From the sequence record OZ035771.1: a stretch of DNA of 64,000 nucleotides. One strand, 5' to 3'. The DNA comes from Phapecoctavirus DIJ07P2. Of the stretch, positions 53,034-62,121 are shown piece by piece. Position 1 is the stretch's first letter; each line of letters opens with the position of its first letter. The translations under genes were made by a program, and so were the position numbers. Below the pieces are notes generated by a model. The model worked only from the letters and a program-made list of their open reading frames with translations. It did not search any database and was not told where the DNA came from.

Positions 53034-54161
53034 TTATTCTGCTGGTTCCCAAGTGCCTGGGATCATTTCTCGAATACGAACACCAACAGGTTTTGTTGGA
53101 ATACCTTCATCTGAAAATTCTTCATACTCTATTTCAACGAACTGATTAATCAAGGTAGAAGCATTCTCTGCTTTACGATAATTGATAGTCTCATGAGCAT
53201 CTTTACGCATTAAGAATTCGACTACTTTACCATTTTCCATCTCACCTGTCAACACTCCATCACCATTTTTATCACTTTTTGAATTTGTTACTTTAACTTC
53301 AAGGGTGTGGCGAGGCTTACGTTTAATAACGTCATAAGAACGTTTATCAAATTCGTAAACTCCGTGAGCATTACGATATACTACACCTTCAGCTTTCTCA
53401 AGTAAAGCTTTTTCATAGAAAGCATCAAACTGTTCTTGGTTTTCAATATACTCTGTATGAACTACGCAAATAAGCTCGTCAAGACCATAATCTTCAACTA
53501 CTGCCTTAAGAGCAGCAAGAACATCAACACGTTTTTCAAACGGTAGATCTGGAACTGGAATATCATATACGTAATAATTCAGCAAAGGTGTATTTGCATT
53601 ATGCTTCTTCCAGGCACTGTTAATTTGTTGCAGACTAAGGACACCTAACCCAGCAAACACTTCACCATCAAGAGGATGACCAACAACTTCACTAATAAAG
53701 TTTGGAATACCTTTCCAATGAGGTGGCAGGTTATACACTTCCCCAGCTTTTGATAAACACTCCCCTTTCATGTTAATCATAGAACGTAACCCGTTCAGTT
53801 TGTATTGTGCATAACCAGGGAACACAACCCTTTCAGGATAATCTTTATAATCCTGGCATTTCATTGGTGTAGAAGGAACATGGTTTTCAGCTTCTTCTTT
53901 TGTTTTATAATAGCCATTCTTTAACTGTTTTGTCCATTTGGCAAAAGCTTCAAGTTCAGCTTGTTCTTCTGGTGTTGTTTCATTGGAACGACCGATGTTT
54001 TTTGCTTCTGCTGTATAAGATTTTTCTGTGATTTTTCCACCTACCCTTCCATGAGCTACAGTAACAACTGCACCATCTGTATACACTGTCCACTGTTTAA
54101 GTTTTCCTTTTGAATCTTTACCATACAGTGTTTGATTTGTTTGTTGCATTAGTCCTCCCAT
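53034..54161 (-). CDS. ATP-dependent DNA ligase
   Basis: motif I KLNGLR, motif III DGEVFA, motif IV EGVVYR, motif V VIKRK. Confidence 0.7.
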   Translation of the reverse strand: MGGLMQQTNQTLYGKDSKGKLKQWTVYTDGAVVTVAHGRVGGKITEKSYTAEAKNIGRSNETTPEEQAELEAFAKWTKQLKNGYYKTKEEAENHVPSTPMKCQDYKDYPERVVFPGYAQYKLNGLRSMINMKGECLSKAGEVYNLPPHWKGIPNFISEVVGHPLDGEVFAGLGVLSLQQINSAWKKHNANTPLLNYYVYDIPVPDLPFEKRVDVLAALKAVVEDYGLDELICVVHTEYIENQEQFDAFYEKALLEKAEGVVYRNAHGVYEFDKRSYDVIKRKPRHTLEVKVTNSKSDKNGDGVLTGEMENGKVVEFLMRKDAHETINYRKAENASTLINQFVEIEYEEFSDEGIPTKPVGVRIREMIPGTWEPAE

Positions 54162-54370
54162 TTAAAAACTGAAATTTTCAATCTGTTACACACTTCATCC
54201 AAATCTGCGTCGAGTAACGTTGTAGATGTTGCCAACATATAATCAATGCTTGTGAAACCTTGCCCTTTGGCATAGTCAAGCATATCTTCATACATATCTT
54301 CAAGATCACCGTCATCAAAAGTAGCTAGAAAATCCTCGTCCCCGCTACGAACATAAAATGCAGTACTCAT
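54149..54370 (-). CDS. hypothetical acidic protein (73 aa)
   Basis: track ORF. Confidence 0.4.
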   Translation of the reverse strand: MSTAFYVRSGDEDFLATFDDGDLEDMYEDMLDYAKGQGFTSIDYMLATSTTLLDADLDEVCNRLKISVFKWED

Positions 54371-54558
54371 TCATCTTCATCCCAAGATTCAAAAGCACAA
54401 CAATCATCGGTTTCTATAATACCGACACGTCCACAGGTATTGCAAGTGATTTTATCCCCGTAGAATAAATAATTTTTATCACCCTCTGTGTTTACAGTTA
54501 TGTCATTACTACCACAAGGGCAAGTCAGCCAACCAACAACAACGATATCTTTTTTCAT
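54367..54558 (-). CDS. zinc-ribbon protein (63 aa)
   Basis: CPCGSND...CNTCGRVG. Confidence 0.45.
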   Translation of the reverse strand: MKKDIVVVGWLTCPCGSNDITVNTEGDKNYLFYGDKITCNTCGRVGIIETDDCCAFESWDEDE

Positions 54559-54567
54559 AATCCCTCC

Positions 54568-54894
54568 TTAAGCATTCAGTTCGTTGTTGAGTTCGTAAAT
54601 CTCTTCTTGAAGAGAATCGATCTCTTCCTCCAAACGGGAGATCTCTTCTTTTAGATATACCATTTCAGATTCTTTCTCTTCTAACTCATTTTCAAATTTT
54701 ACTTTATTCGCCTCATTTTCATAATGGAGTTCAGCGTAATCATCGCGCATTTGTTCAATAAGATGAATCAGAGACAAGATGTAATTATCTCCCGTTTCAT
54801 CACGCCACTCTTCACCGTGGCGGAGAACGGTAATTCGTCCAGTATCTTCATCTAAAATTGTCTCATATTTACGATCATCTGTATAAATCTGCAT
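54568..54894 (-). CDS. coiled-coil protein (108 aa)
   Basis: heptad-like EELEEKESEMVYLKEEISRLEEEIDSLQEEIYEL. Confidence 0.45.
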   Translation of the reverse strand: MQIYTDDRKYETILDEDTGRITVLRHGEEWRDETGDNYILSLIHLIEQMRDDYAELHYENEANKVKFENELEEKESEMVYLKEEISRLEEEIDSLQEEIYELNNELNA

Positions 54895-54903
54895 TATTAC
54901 TCC

Positions 54904-55308
54904 TTATTGAAGTTTAAGTGAACCACGAAGACGTTTCTCTTGCTGATCACGAATATATTGTGGAACCTCGTGAATTGAATCATTACCGTGCCTATTTTCA
55001 ACAACTAAAGAGATAACTTGATAACCAAACTCTTCAGCAAGAGTTAGATAAGGTTTAAGTTCTTTCTCTGTGGTTGAAGTGTTAGAAACAATAATCTTGT
55101 TAAGATTAGATGCCATAGCATCACGAACAATATTCTGACACCATGCGTGTGCTTTACCTACATTTTCTGGCTTCCAATCGTAAACACCACTTTCTGTGTA
55201 ATGATATTGATCTGCCTCACAGATAGGCCAATAACCTTCAGAAATAATTTCTGCTACCGTAGATTTACCAGCACCTGAAACGCCACGTAAAATGATAAGT
55301 TGTTTCAT
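54904..55308 (-). CDS. P-loop kinase (polynucleotide-kinase-like)
   Basis: Walker A GVSGAGKST at N-terminus, 134 aa, adjacent to ligase and phosphoesterase. Confidence 0.55.
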   Translation of the reverse strand: MKQLIILRGVSGAGKSTVAEIISEGYWPICEADQYHYTESGVYDWKPENVGKAHAWCQNIVRDAMASNLNKIIVSNTSTTEKELKPYLTLAEEFGYQVISLVVENRHGNDSIHEVPQYIRDQQEKRLRGSLKLQ

Positions 55309-56241
55309 TTATCCTCCAAAGAAGTTTTCGATTTTTTCACGTCGCTCCTGCTGATTTAAAGCAGCCCATTGAGTCTTCGTAAAATTATTTCGAATCCATT
55401 CTAACAAAGCGTAATATTCTTCGTCAACAATTTGTTTGGCATTTTTTGGATTATCCCAAATCAGATCCCACTTTTTATCTCCACCACGCATAAGAAACTT
55501 CTTAGTAAGATAGTGTGGTGATTTAATTTTTAAAAGTAAGTTGAACGGATAGTTTGTTTCACGAACTACAAACCCTTCGTGTTTACAATGTTTAGACATT
55601 TCAACAACATCTGAAAACTTAACCATTGGATGAACTTCAGGACGCTTAAATTTGGTGACAGAAGCAATTCCATCAAGAGCACCTTCAGGTAACATAAAAC
55701 TTGTCCCATCAGGATTTTGAATTCTGGCACCAATTAAGTATGCACCTGGTTCTTCTTCGACAATATGCGGATCAGAAGGATCACAGATTTCAAACAGGAA
55801 AGTTGCTTTTGCACTCTCTGCCCATTTGATGAAATGTTCTATGTCATCGCACTCTGAAACAATATGATTCTTTGCAATACTTGCAAAATCTGATTCAAGG
55901 CTTCCTGTTGTCGATACAATAAGTTGACCTTTATATACACCTACAGAGGCCATAAAACCATTTACTTTACGAACCACATCTACAAGTTCATCCGCTGGTA
56001 GATCTGTGCCATTCTCAAAACGATTAAAAATCTTAGTGAAAGGCCAAATAACAACATTGTCATCAGCATCAACAACGATTCCGCGACATTCTAGAAGACG
56101 AGAATCAATGTTCCATAGGTTATCCCAGAAAACTTTGTTCTTATACTTAAGAACAGATAGACCAGAATACTCTCCTTCTTTATATGTTTTCTTATGAACT
56201 AAACCTTTTTCAACCAAATCGTCGCAATTAAATTTAGTCAC
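55309..56241 (-). CDS. RNA-ligase-like nucleotidyltransferase
   Basis: motif I KVNG, motif IV EGFVVR, motif V LKIK; second ligase in region, beside kinase and phosphoesterase. Confidence 0.55.
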   Translation of the reverse strand: MTKFNCDDLVEKGLVHKKTYKEGEYSGLSVLKYKNKVFWDNLWNIDSRLLECRGIVVDADDNVVIWPFTKIFNRFENGTDLPADELVDVVRKVNGFMASVGVYKGQLIVSTTGSLESDFASIAKNHIVSECDDIEHFIKWAESAKATFLFEICDPSDPHIVEEEPGAYLIGARIQNPDGTSFMLPEGALDGIASVTKFKRPEVHPMVKFSDVVEMSKHCKHEGFVVRETNYPFNLLLKIKSPHYLTKKFLMRGGDKKWDLIWDNPKNAKQIVDEEYYALLEWIRNNFTKTQWAALNQQERREKIENFFGG

Positions 56242-56242
56242 A

Positions 56243-56794
56243 TTACTCTCCTTTGATTATTTTGTGATGGTCTACAGTTACGATATCTCGTTTACTCATC
56301 ATAGAAATTATCTCATCAAAATGTAAGATTTTTCCGTGTGCATCCCAACCCACATCTAACATTTTACCATAAGCTTCATCAGGGAAAGATCCGTGGGAAT
56401 GCCCGTGTAGCATGATTGATCCACGACCTTGTTTATTCCAGGAGGCTATAGGGTAATGGCTTAAGACGAAGAACAGCTTCTGATATTTCACTTCGTCATA
56501 ATACACCACTTCTCCATACTCTGCAAGCACTTCTCGGTGTTTGCTGTAATCATGGTTCCCAACACAATAAGTGATATCCCCTTGGAGGCGGGAAGCAATC
56601 TTACGGGTATCTTCTTCAGTCCCGAAACAGAAGTCACCCAAATGCCACATCTTGACACCTGGACTCGTAGCGCATTTATTCCATGCTTCGATCAGTGCTT
56701 CTGTCATGTGGTCCATATCTTCCCACGGTCGATATTCAGGAGCAAACTCTCGTATACGTTTGTGCATAAAATGCAAATCACTTGTAATAAACAT
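56243..56794 (-). CDS. calcineurin-like metallophosphoesterase
   Basis: DLHFMH, GDFCFG, GNHD, GHSHG motifs. Confidence 0.75.
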   Translation of the reverse strand: MFITSDLHFMHKRIREFAPEYRPWEDMDHMTEALIEAWNKCATSPGVKMWHLGDFCFGTEEDTRKIASRLQGDITYCVGNHDYSKHREVLAEYGEVVYYDEVKYQKLFFVLSHYPIASWNKQGRGSIMLHGHSHGSFPDEAYGKMLDVGWDAHGKILHFDEIISMMSKRDIVTVDHHKIIKGE

Positions 56795-57150
56795 TAGTAT
56801 AATCCCTCGCTAAATAGGTCACGATCATGACCATTACGTTCGTAGTCAATCTGGTCTGCGTGTTTTGCAATAATGTATGCATCTTCACGACTCCACCAAT
56901 TGTAGTATTGATCAATAAAACCTTGATTGTTTGGAAGACAATGCACTTTATCAAGTACACCTGCTTCTTTCAATACATTCAATTGTGCAGATAATACAGG
57001 ATTTGCATGTCGAACACAAGGAATAATTAACTCTTCACCATTATTCAAAATATACTTATTTGCAGCACAGACGATAACACGTTGCGCATAATGACCCTCA
57101 CCCATCCAGGTAAGAGGTTGGTAACAAATGTTGTTTTCAATACCACTCAT
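56794..57150 (-). CDS. hypothetical protein (118 aa)
   Basis: track ORF. Confidence 0.45.
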   Translation of the reverse strand: MSGIENNICYQPLTWMGEGHYAQRVIVCAANKYILNNGEELIIPCVRHANPVLSAQLNVLKEAGVLDKVHCLPNNQGFIDQYYNWWSREDAYIIAKHADQIDYERNGHDRDLFSEGLY

Positions 57151-57309
57151 TGTTTCCTAATCCTCCTCTCTTAAGTTATCCTCGAAAAAACTAGTATCTG
57201 GAAGTAAAAGATCATTACTTGTGTCGGGCCAATCCTCTTCTTCTCGGTAGATAAAGTAACCTTCGTCCTCTTCTTGTTCCGACCAAACCGAATGATGCAT
57301 GTTCTCTCC

Positions 57310-57666
57310 TTAATAGTGCACACGAATCATTTTAATACCATAACGCAGCATGGATTCTTTTGCAAGCATGAATTTATCCCCAGCGGCGGGATTAGAAGTA
57401 TGCACGAAAATGGTAGGTGAACCAAAGCAAGGTTTACCAAATGCCAGAAGTTCTTCCAGGCACAGGAAAACATCATACCCATCTTGGTCAGAATCTTCAC
57501 CCAAATCGTTGTCAAAATGCCACTCGTCTACAAAACGATAACCCTTCTGCACCTCATTCATGTAGCGAGAGGCAAGAAGTTCCTGTGATGTTTTAAACCA
57601 GATTGCATCTGGACAACCATAATCTTTTGGATCACGTAAATCATCAAGCCAAATAATAGTACCCAT
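57310..57666 (-). CDS. hypothetical protein (118 aa)
   Basis: track ORF. Confidence 0.45.
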   Translation of the reverse strand: MGTIIWLDDLRDPKDYGCPDAIWFKTSQELLASRYMNEVQKGYRFVDEWHFDNDLGEDSDQDGYDVFLCLEELLAFGKPCFGSPTIFVHTSNPAAGDKFMLAKESMLRYGIKMIRVHY

Positions 57667-57676
57667 ATAACCTCCT

Positions 57677-58147
57677 CTAAGCTGGCATGATTAAAAAAGA
57701 ACTCTCCACTTCAAAATGCCAATCATCTACAAGCCCTGATTCCCAATCCTTCTCTTCATGGAAAGAGCAAATCCAACGGTACATACCTGGCGGTGTATTC
57801 TCAACATCTTCTGGCAACCCGTAGTCCAAAGCTGTCAAACCGTTCTCTGTAAAACTAGGATGGAGATTAGGAGCTTTCAATACAGAAACCCTGCCTCCAA
57901 CATCTACAGCCACAATCCACTCTGTCATGTATGGGCTGTCATATTGAGGTTCATCAGAACCTACCTCAACAGCCTCTGTGCGTAAGATGATAATAGCCTG
58001 CTCTGTGATTGGGGCTTTGACAATATACCCGTGATCCTCAAAAAGATCGATAACCTCGAACTCATCGCCGTTTTCGACACCATAACTCTTATTCAAAGAG
58101 ATAAACTTCGGGTTATCATCGTAAGCTTTAGTTACTTTAATTCTCAT
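57677..58147 (-). CDS. hypothetical protein (156 aa)
   Basis: track ORF. Confidence 0.5.
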   Translation of the reverse strand: MRIKVTKAYDDNPKFISLNKSYGVENGDEFEVIDLFEDHGYIVKAPITEQAIIILRTEAVEVGSDEPQYDSPYMTEWIVAVDVGGRVSVLKAPNLHPSFTENGLTALDYGLPEDVENTPPGMYRWICSFHEEKDWESGLVDDWHFEVESSFLIMPA

Positions 58148-58368
58148 TTTTCCTCCTTCACTTTAACCTCAAATTCTACAGGCTTACCCTCAATGTAAAA
58201 ACAATGATACTCTGCCTTATCATCCTCATCACGAGGCCAAGTTACCAAGGAGTTATAGCAATCTTCTGGTGCTTTGAAGATGGTTTTAGTCTCCACAGTA
58301 ACATTCCCATTAAGTGTTGCCAATACCACCCACCCAGCTACAGGGATCATAGTGCCTCCACTTTCCAC
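58144..58368 (-). CDS. hypothetical protein (74 aa)
   Basis: track ORF. Confidence 0.45.
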   Translation of the reverse strand: MESGGTMIPVAGWVVLATLNGNVTVETKTIFKAPEDCYNSLVTWPRDEDDKAEYHCFYIEGKPVEFEVKVKEEK

Positions 58369-58529
58369 GTTTTACCCTTATCAACCAAGGTCTTTGCTAC
58401 AGCATACTCCTTCCCATTAACAAGGAAATAATAAACGATAAAAGATTTCCCGATTGTTACTGTCTTAGTAACCTCTACACGTTTAACACCTTGCATGTAT
58501 TTTGCCTTACCGGAATAGAGTAAAATCAT
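58347..58529 (-). CDS. hypothetical protein (60 aa)
   Basis: track ORF. Confidence 0.4.
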   Translation of the reverse strand: MILLYSGKAKYMQGVKRVEVTKTVTIGKSFIVYYFLVNGKEYAVAKTLVDKGKTWKVEAL

Positions 58530-58807
58530 TTTGCATTCCTCTTGTTGTTGATAACATCCATAGTAGTATATGGTTTATTAGTGCCATGATACTCCAGAAT
58601 CATTGGAGATCCTTCTTGCACTACTTCAAAGATACCATAAACAGAACTTTCAGCAAATACCATTTGCTTCGTACCTTCATCGTTTACAACGAGAGAAAAC
58701 TTCTTGCCTGTTCCGTTGAGGATCTCATATTTCTTTCCAACAGTAAATAATCCAGAGTACCACTCACTATCTGTTGCTTTTACACACTTCAGGAAAGTCT
58801 TGATCAT
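58526..58807 (-). CDS. hypothetical protein (93 aa)
   Basis: track ORF. Confidence 0.45.
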   Translation of the reverse strand: MIKTFLKCVKATDSEWYSGLFTVGKKYEILNGTGKKFSLVVNDEGTKQMVFAESSVYGIFEVVQEGSPMILEYHGTNKPYTTMDVINNKRNAK

Positions 58808-59157
58808 TTCTTTTTGCTCCTCTTTTTAGATTTCTCATACAAACCTAACACAGCAGCTTCTTTTGCACAAGTAGGAACTGAAGTCATTCCTCTTCGTTTT
58901 GCTTCTGGTAGTTGCAAAGTCCATATTCCCCACCAATAAATTTGGTCTGCCGTGAGTGGTTCAGCCATTGGATCTGCCTCCTGCTCCTCAAGACGTTGCA
59001 ACGCTTCTTCAATCTTCTCGATTGGTGTGTCAAAGACGAATGCCTCCGTATCAAATTTATCTTTCTTAGGAACTGATTTGGCTACTTTGAGAACCTCGTT
59101 TTTCGGTTTCTTAGTAACGTTCTTTGGCTTTGATAACTTCTTCGGTGTTTTCGCCAC
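58804..59157 (-). CDS. lysine-rich protein, possibly nucleic-acid-binding
   Basis: N- and C-terminal KK-rich tails (MAKTPKKLSKPKNVTKKPK ... KSKKRSKKK). Confidence 0.45.
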   Translation of the reverse strand: MAKTPKKLSKPKNVTKKPKNEVLKVAKSVPKKDKFDTEAFVFDTPIEKIEEALQRLEEQEADPMAEPLTADQIYWWGIWTLQLPEAKRRGMTSVPTCAKEAAVLGLYEKSKKRSKKK

Positions 59158-59350
59158 TTACTACCTCCATACGATCTAAAAAGTCATTCACAAATCTCCA
59201 GTAACGTTGACCTGTTCTAAGATCTTCATAGATAACCACAGGATCAAACACTTTAGATATTCCGGCAGGTTTTGGAAATTCCACTACCGTATATAAACCA
59301 CCTTTTGCTACACAAGAATAGGTTACGCCTGTAATTGGATAGTTGCTCAT
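59111..59350 (-). CDS. hypothetical protein (79 aa)
   Basis: track ORF. Confidence 0.4.
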   Translation of the reverse strand: MSNYPITGVTYSCVAKGGLYTVVEFPKPAGISKVFDPVVIYEDLRTGQRYWRFVNDFLDRMEVVSGENTEEVIKAKERY

Positions 59351-59541
59351 TTCTTTACGTACTCCATGATTGGGGTATGGTCGCCAGTAAGCGTAACACG
59401 GCTGTAGGACACATCTTGTGTCTTCAATGTATCAATCCACTCTAAGAAGTGTTCTTTCGCTTCTGTGTAGTTCTGTGTGCCTTTAACAACGTGTATACCA
59501 TCTAGCGTTACACGGAATACCATTTGAATAACGTCTTTCAT
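59347..59541 (-). CDS. hypothetical protein (64 aa)
   Basis: track ORF. Confidence 0.45.
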   Translation of the reverse strand: MKDVIQMVFRVTLDGIHVVKGTQNYTEAKEHFLEWIDTLKTQDVSYSRVTLTGDHTPIMEYVKK

Positions 59542-59637
59542 TTCTTACCTCCTTTGTTGTCAAAGTAGCTTACCAGAACATCGTGAACCACACACATGGC
59601 AAAAATCAGAACAATTGTTGCCAGGATTGGGTTCTCA

Positions 59638-59961
59638 CTAATTAGTGCTATCATCTTTAACCACCTCCAATTGCCTTTCGAGTTTAACTTTGTTTGAGAA
59701 CTGATAATGACACAACTTACATTGCATGTCAACAATCTGATCGTGATTTAACCCTACAATTTTAACTTCCTTTGCACCATCCCACTCCAAATACTCAAAA
59801 CCATCCAAATGATTACTCTTGTCCAACAGGAATGCTATCTGCTGCCATTCAATCTGAATATCATTTAAATGATATGCTGCACAGAAGATATCCTCGTAGT
59901 AAAAGACGATCATTGTCATTGCTTCGTCCAGCACAACTACCTCTTGTCTTGTAAATCTCAT
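59638..59961 (-). CDS. hypothetical protein (107 aa), first gene of minus-strand module
   Basis: AGGAGG RBS upstream of ATG 59961. Confidence 0.55.
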   Translation of the reverse strand: MRFTRQEVVVLDEAMTMIVFYYEDIFCAAYHLNDIQIEWQQIAFLLDKSNHLDGFEYLEWDGAKEVKIVGLNHDQIVDMQCKLCHYQFSNKVKLERQLEVVKDDSTN

Positions 59962-60215
59962 TCTAGCCTCCTAAACGCGTCTCTGACGCACTTTTTATAT
60001 ATAAGATGATAAATCACCTTACCTAGTAAGTGAACTTGCTCTACGAGCCTCTTATGAAGCTTATGTTATAGGCTATACTATTGCTACCTATTTAAGCAAG
60101 GTTTTTTGCACAAAGAAAATAATTTTTAATAAAACTCTTGACTTTTGTGTTCGAAGTATGCTACCCTAGAAATCTATTAACGAGCGCAGCGAGTTAAGGT
60201 TTTAGGTTGTTGATG

Positions 60216-60250
60216 TAGTACTCTGTACTCAAGTACTGTACTCCGTACTA
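60216..60250. repeat. GTACT iteron array (5 copies in 35 bp)
   Basis: tAGTACTctGTACTcaAGTACTGTACTccGTACTag. Confidence 0.6.
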
Positions 60251-60297
60251 GATTAATAATTATTAAATATTAATAATAAATAATTATTAGATCTAAC
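60249..60297. repeat. AT-only near-palindrome (~48 bp)
   Basis: TAGATTAATAATTATTAAATATTAATAATAAATAATTATTAGATCTA. Confidence 0.55.
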
Positions 60298-60443
60298 AAA
60301 CAGGTACAGTGTATCAGAACTGGTACGTACAGATCAACTTCTATCAATTAAAAATAAAATAATAAATTATTATAAATAATACTTGATCTATAGATTAGTA
60401 TGAAGTACAGTACGGAACATCTTAACAAGAATGGAGGTGTGCA

Positions 60444-60629
60444 ATGATTAGTGAGAATCCGTGCAAATGGCATCATGTGCCTATTAAAGATTGTATGTCT
60501 TGTAATCCACGTTCTATTTATAACATTGCATCTTATGATGATGACAATGTGTTAGACGATGATGAAGGCTGGGAGGATTTAGATTGGACTGGTTATGAAA
60601 CCAAAAAGGATAAAATTATTCCTAGTTGA
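60444..60629 (+). CDS. hypothetical protein (61 aa)
   Basis: track ORF; GGAGG RBS. Confidence 0.5.
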   Translation: MISENPCKWHHVPIKDCMSCNPRSIYNIASYDDDNVLDDDEGWEDLDWTGYETKKDKIIPS

Positions 60630-60658
60630 CTTAAGATATCCTTCGTGCTAAACTAGAA

Positions 60659-60919
60659 GTGAGGAGATGCCGATCACTCCCCATTTGGGGGTTCGAAGGA
60701 TATATGCAAAATAGCTTTTATTTTAGGTGCCGTGCTTGTAATAGGCATTTGACAAACCACTCCAGACGTGATAAAAATGGAGTCATCAAGGAATCAGACC
60801 TCTGTTCTATTTGCACAGGTTTGGCTTTTGATGATAGTCCCGAAAGGGTTTATCAGCATCAATATATAACAGACGTTCTCGTATCAAACTTGGTAGAGGA
60901 CGAACAACTAACAGATTAG
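60659..60919 (+). CDS. hypothetical Cys-rich protein (86 aa)
   Basis: track ORF; CRACNRH...CSICTG. Confidence 0.45.
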   Translation: MRRCRSLPIWGFEGYMQNSFYFRCRACNRHLTNHSRRDKNGVIKESDLCSICTGLAFDDSPERVYQHQYITDVLVSNLVEDEQLTD

Positions 60920-60927
60920 GAGGAACA

Positions 60928-61176
60928 ATGTCTCTATTAGAAAAACACGTGTTTGAAGATGGTAACGGCAATGCAGTTTTTCTTTTCCATCCAGAAAAAT
61001 ACACATCTGAAAACAATGGTACAACTTCTATTGTAATCACTAAAGATGTTAAAGTTATTGATTTCTTGGCTCTGATGCGAGAGATGGATCTTGAAATTAA
61101 TACTTTTAACGCAGAAGCTTTGGTTGTTGCTCTTCTGGAAAAGAAAGATAGTGAAGAAGTAGCAGAATACGCTTAA
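60928..61176 (+). CDS. hypothetical protein (82 aa)
   Basis: track ORF; AGGAGGAACA RBS. Confidence 0.55.
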   Translation: MSLLEKHVFEDGNGNAVFLFHPEKYTSENNGTTSIVITKDVKVIDFLALMREMDLEINTFNAEALVVALLEKKDSEEVAEYA

Positions 61177-61183
61177 ATAACTA

Positions 61184-61220
61184 TTGACAAACGTATCCTT
61201 CATATGTTAGGATACGTTCA
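61184..61220 (+). promoter_or_regulatory. promoter overlapped by a 9-bp inverted-repeat operator
   Basis: TTGACA 61184 followed by ACGTATCCT-tcatatgtt-AGGATACGT. Confidence 0.45.
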
Positions 61221-61226
61221 TCAAGT

Positions 61227-61417
61227 GTGGTAACAGGGTCGTTGACTTTTGTTAAGAGGGGCTTGCACTGCGGATAGTGTTAGAGACTACTTCTTCAGAG
61301 GTTAGCTACCAAAGAGGAAAAGGAATAGTCTCGGCTCAAGAACTTTTACGCTGAAAGTTGGGCTTGGTCTTAGAGAATGTAGCGGTTCTCTACAATCGTC
61401 AGCGTCTCTGTTACCAC
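61227..61417 (+). ncRNA. candidate structured leader / ncRNA upstream of first tRNA
   Basis: perfect 10-bp terminal inverted repeat GTGGTAACAG (61227) / CTGTTACCAC (61408) enclosing ~170 nt with internal inverted repeats; no ORF. Confidence 0.3.
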
Positions 61418-61423
61418 ATTTAT

Positions 61424-61498
61424 GGCCCTGTAGCTCAATGGGAGAGCTGTCGGCTCATAACCGATAGGTAGCTGGATCGAAACCAGCCAGGGCCACCA
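61424..61498 (+). tRNA. tRNA-Met (CAT) or Ile2
   Basis: acceptor GGCCCTG/CAGGGCC, anticodon loop CTCATAA, T-arm GCTGG-ATCGAAA-CCAGC, A73, CCA encoded. Confidence 0.75.
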
Positions 61499-61500
61499 AC

Positions 61501-61575
61501 GTCTTTATGGTGTAATGGATAGCACAGGAGTCTTCTAAACTCTTAGTCAAGGTTCGATTCCTTGTAAAGACACCA
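61501..61575 (+). tRNA. tRNA-Arg (TCT)
   Basis: acceptor GTCTTTA/TAAAGAC, anticodon loop CTTCTAA, T-loop TTCGATT. Confidence 0.75.
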
Positions 61576-61771
61576 GAACATTTTAACATGAATTAGCTCA
61601 AGTGATTTGAACCCACTACTGATCATGGTGGCAGAGAATGAGGCAAGTATGTCAGACATTATAAACAAAGGCCACGGTTATATTAGAAGACATAAATGCT
61701 CGAAGAGCACTGTTCGTGGAGAACGGGGGTTGGTGGAGTCACCATTCATGGTAAAATGTTTTAAAAAACTA

Positions 61772-61800
61772 TTGACAACAAGCATTATTTTATGTTAGAT
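61772..61800 (+). promoter_or_regulatory. sigma70-like promoter for downstream tRNAs
   Basis: TTGACA 61772, 17-nt spacer, TTAGAT. Confidence 0.45.
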
Positions 61801-61809
61801 TATAAGTAT

Positions 61810-61900
61810 GGAAGGGCAAATCGACGTGGCGACGAAAACGGTCTTGAAAACCGCCGAGCTTGAAAGAGCCTTGGGAGTTCGACTCTCCCTCCTTCCGCCA
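61810..61900 (+). tRNA. tRNA-Ser (TGA)
   Basis: anticodon arm CGGTCTTGAAAACCG identical to enterobacterial tRNA-Ser(UGA); long variable arm; T-arm GGGAG-TTCGACT-CTCCC. Confidence 0.75.
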
Positions 61901-61905
61901 GATTA

Positions 61906-61991
61906 GGTAGATTGGTGAAATGGTAGCCACGACAGTTTGCTAAACTGTAGTCGGAAACGGCGTGTAGGTTCGAGTCCTACATCTACCGCCA
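61906..61991 (+). tRNA. tRNA-Ser (GCT)
   Basis: acceptor GGTAGAT/ATCTACC, anticodon loop TTGCTAA, long variable arm. Confidence 0.7.
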
Positions 61992-62121
61992 AGTTCTTTT
62001 TAATGTAGCTTACTTTAGCAGAGTAAATCTTCGGCAAGTGGCGGTAACCACTTTACCGATAACTCATAGTTAGTGGTGTGAACACTGGCTATTTTAAAAA
62101 GAATTTAAATATTAGTATTTA

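Noticed and set aside
60216-60250. LexA (SOS) box within the GTACT array
   Set aside because: The repeats give CTGT...ACTG rather than the CTGT-N8-ACAG LexA consensus.
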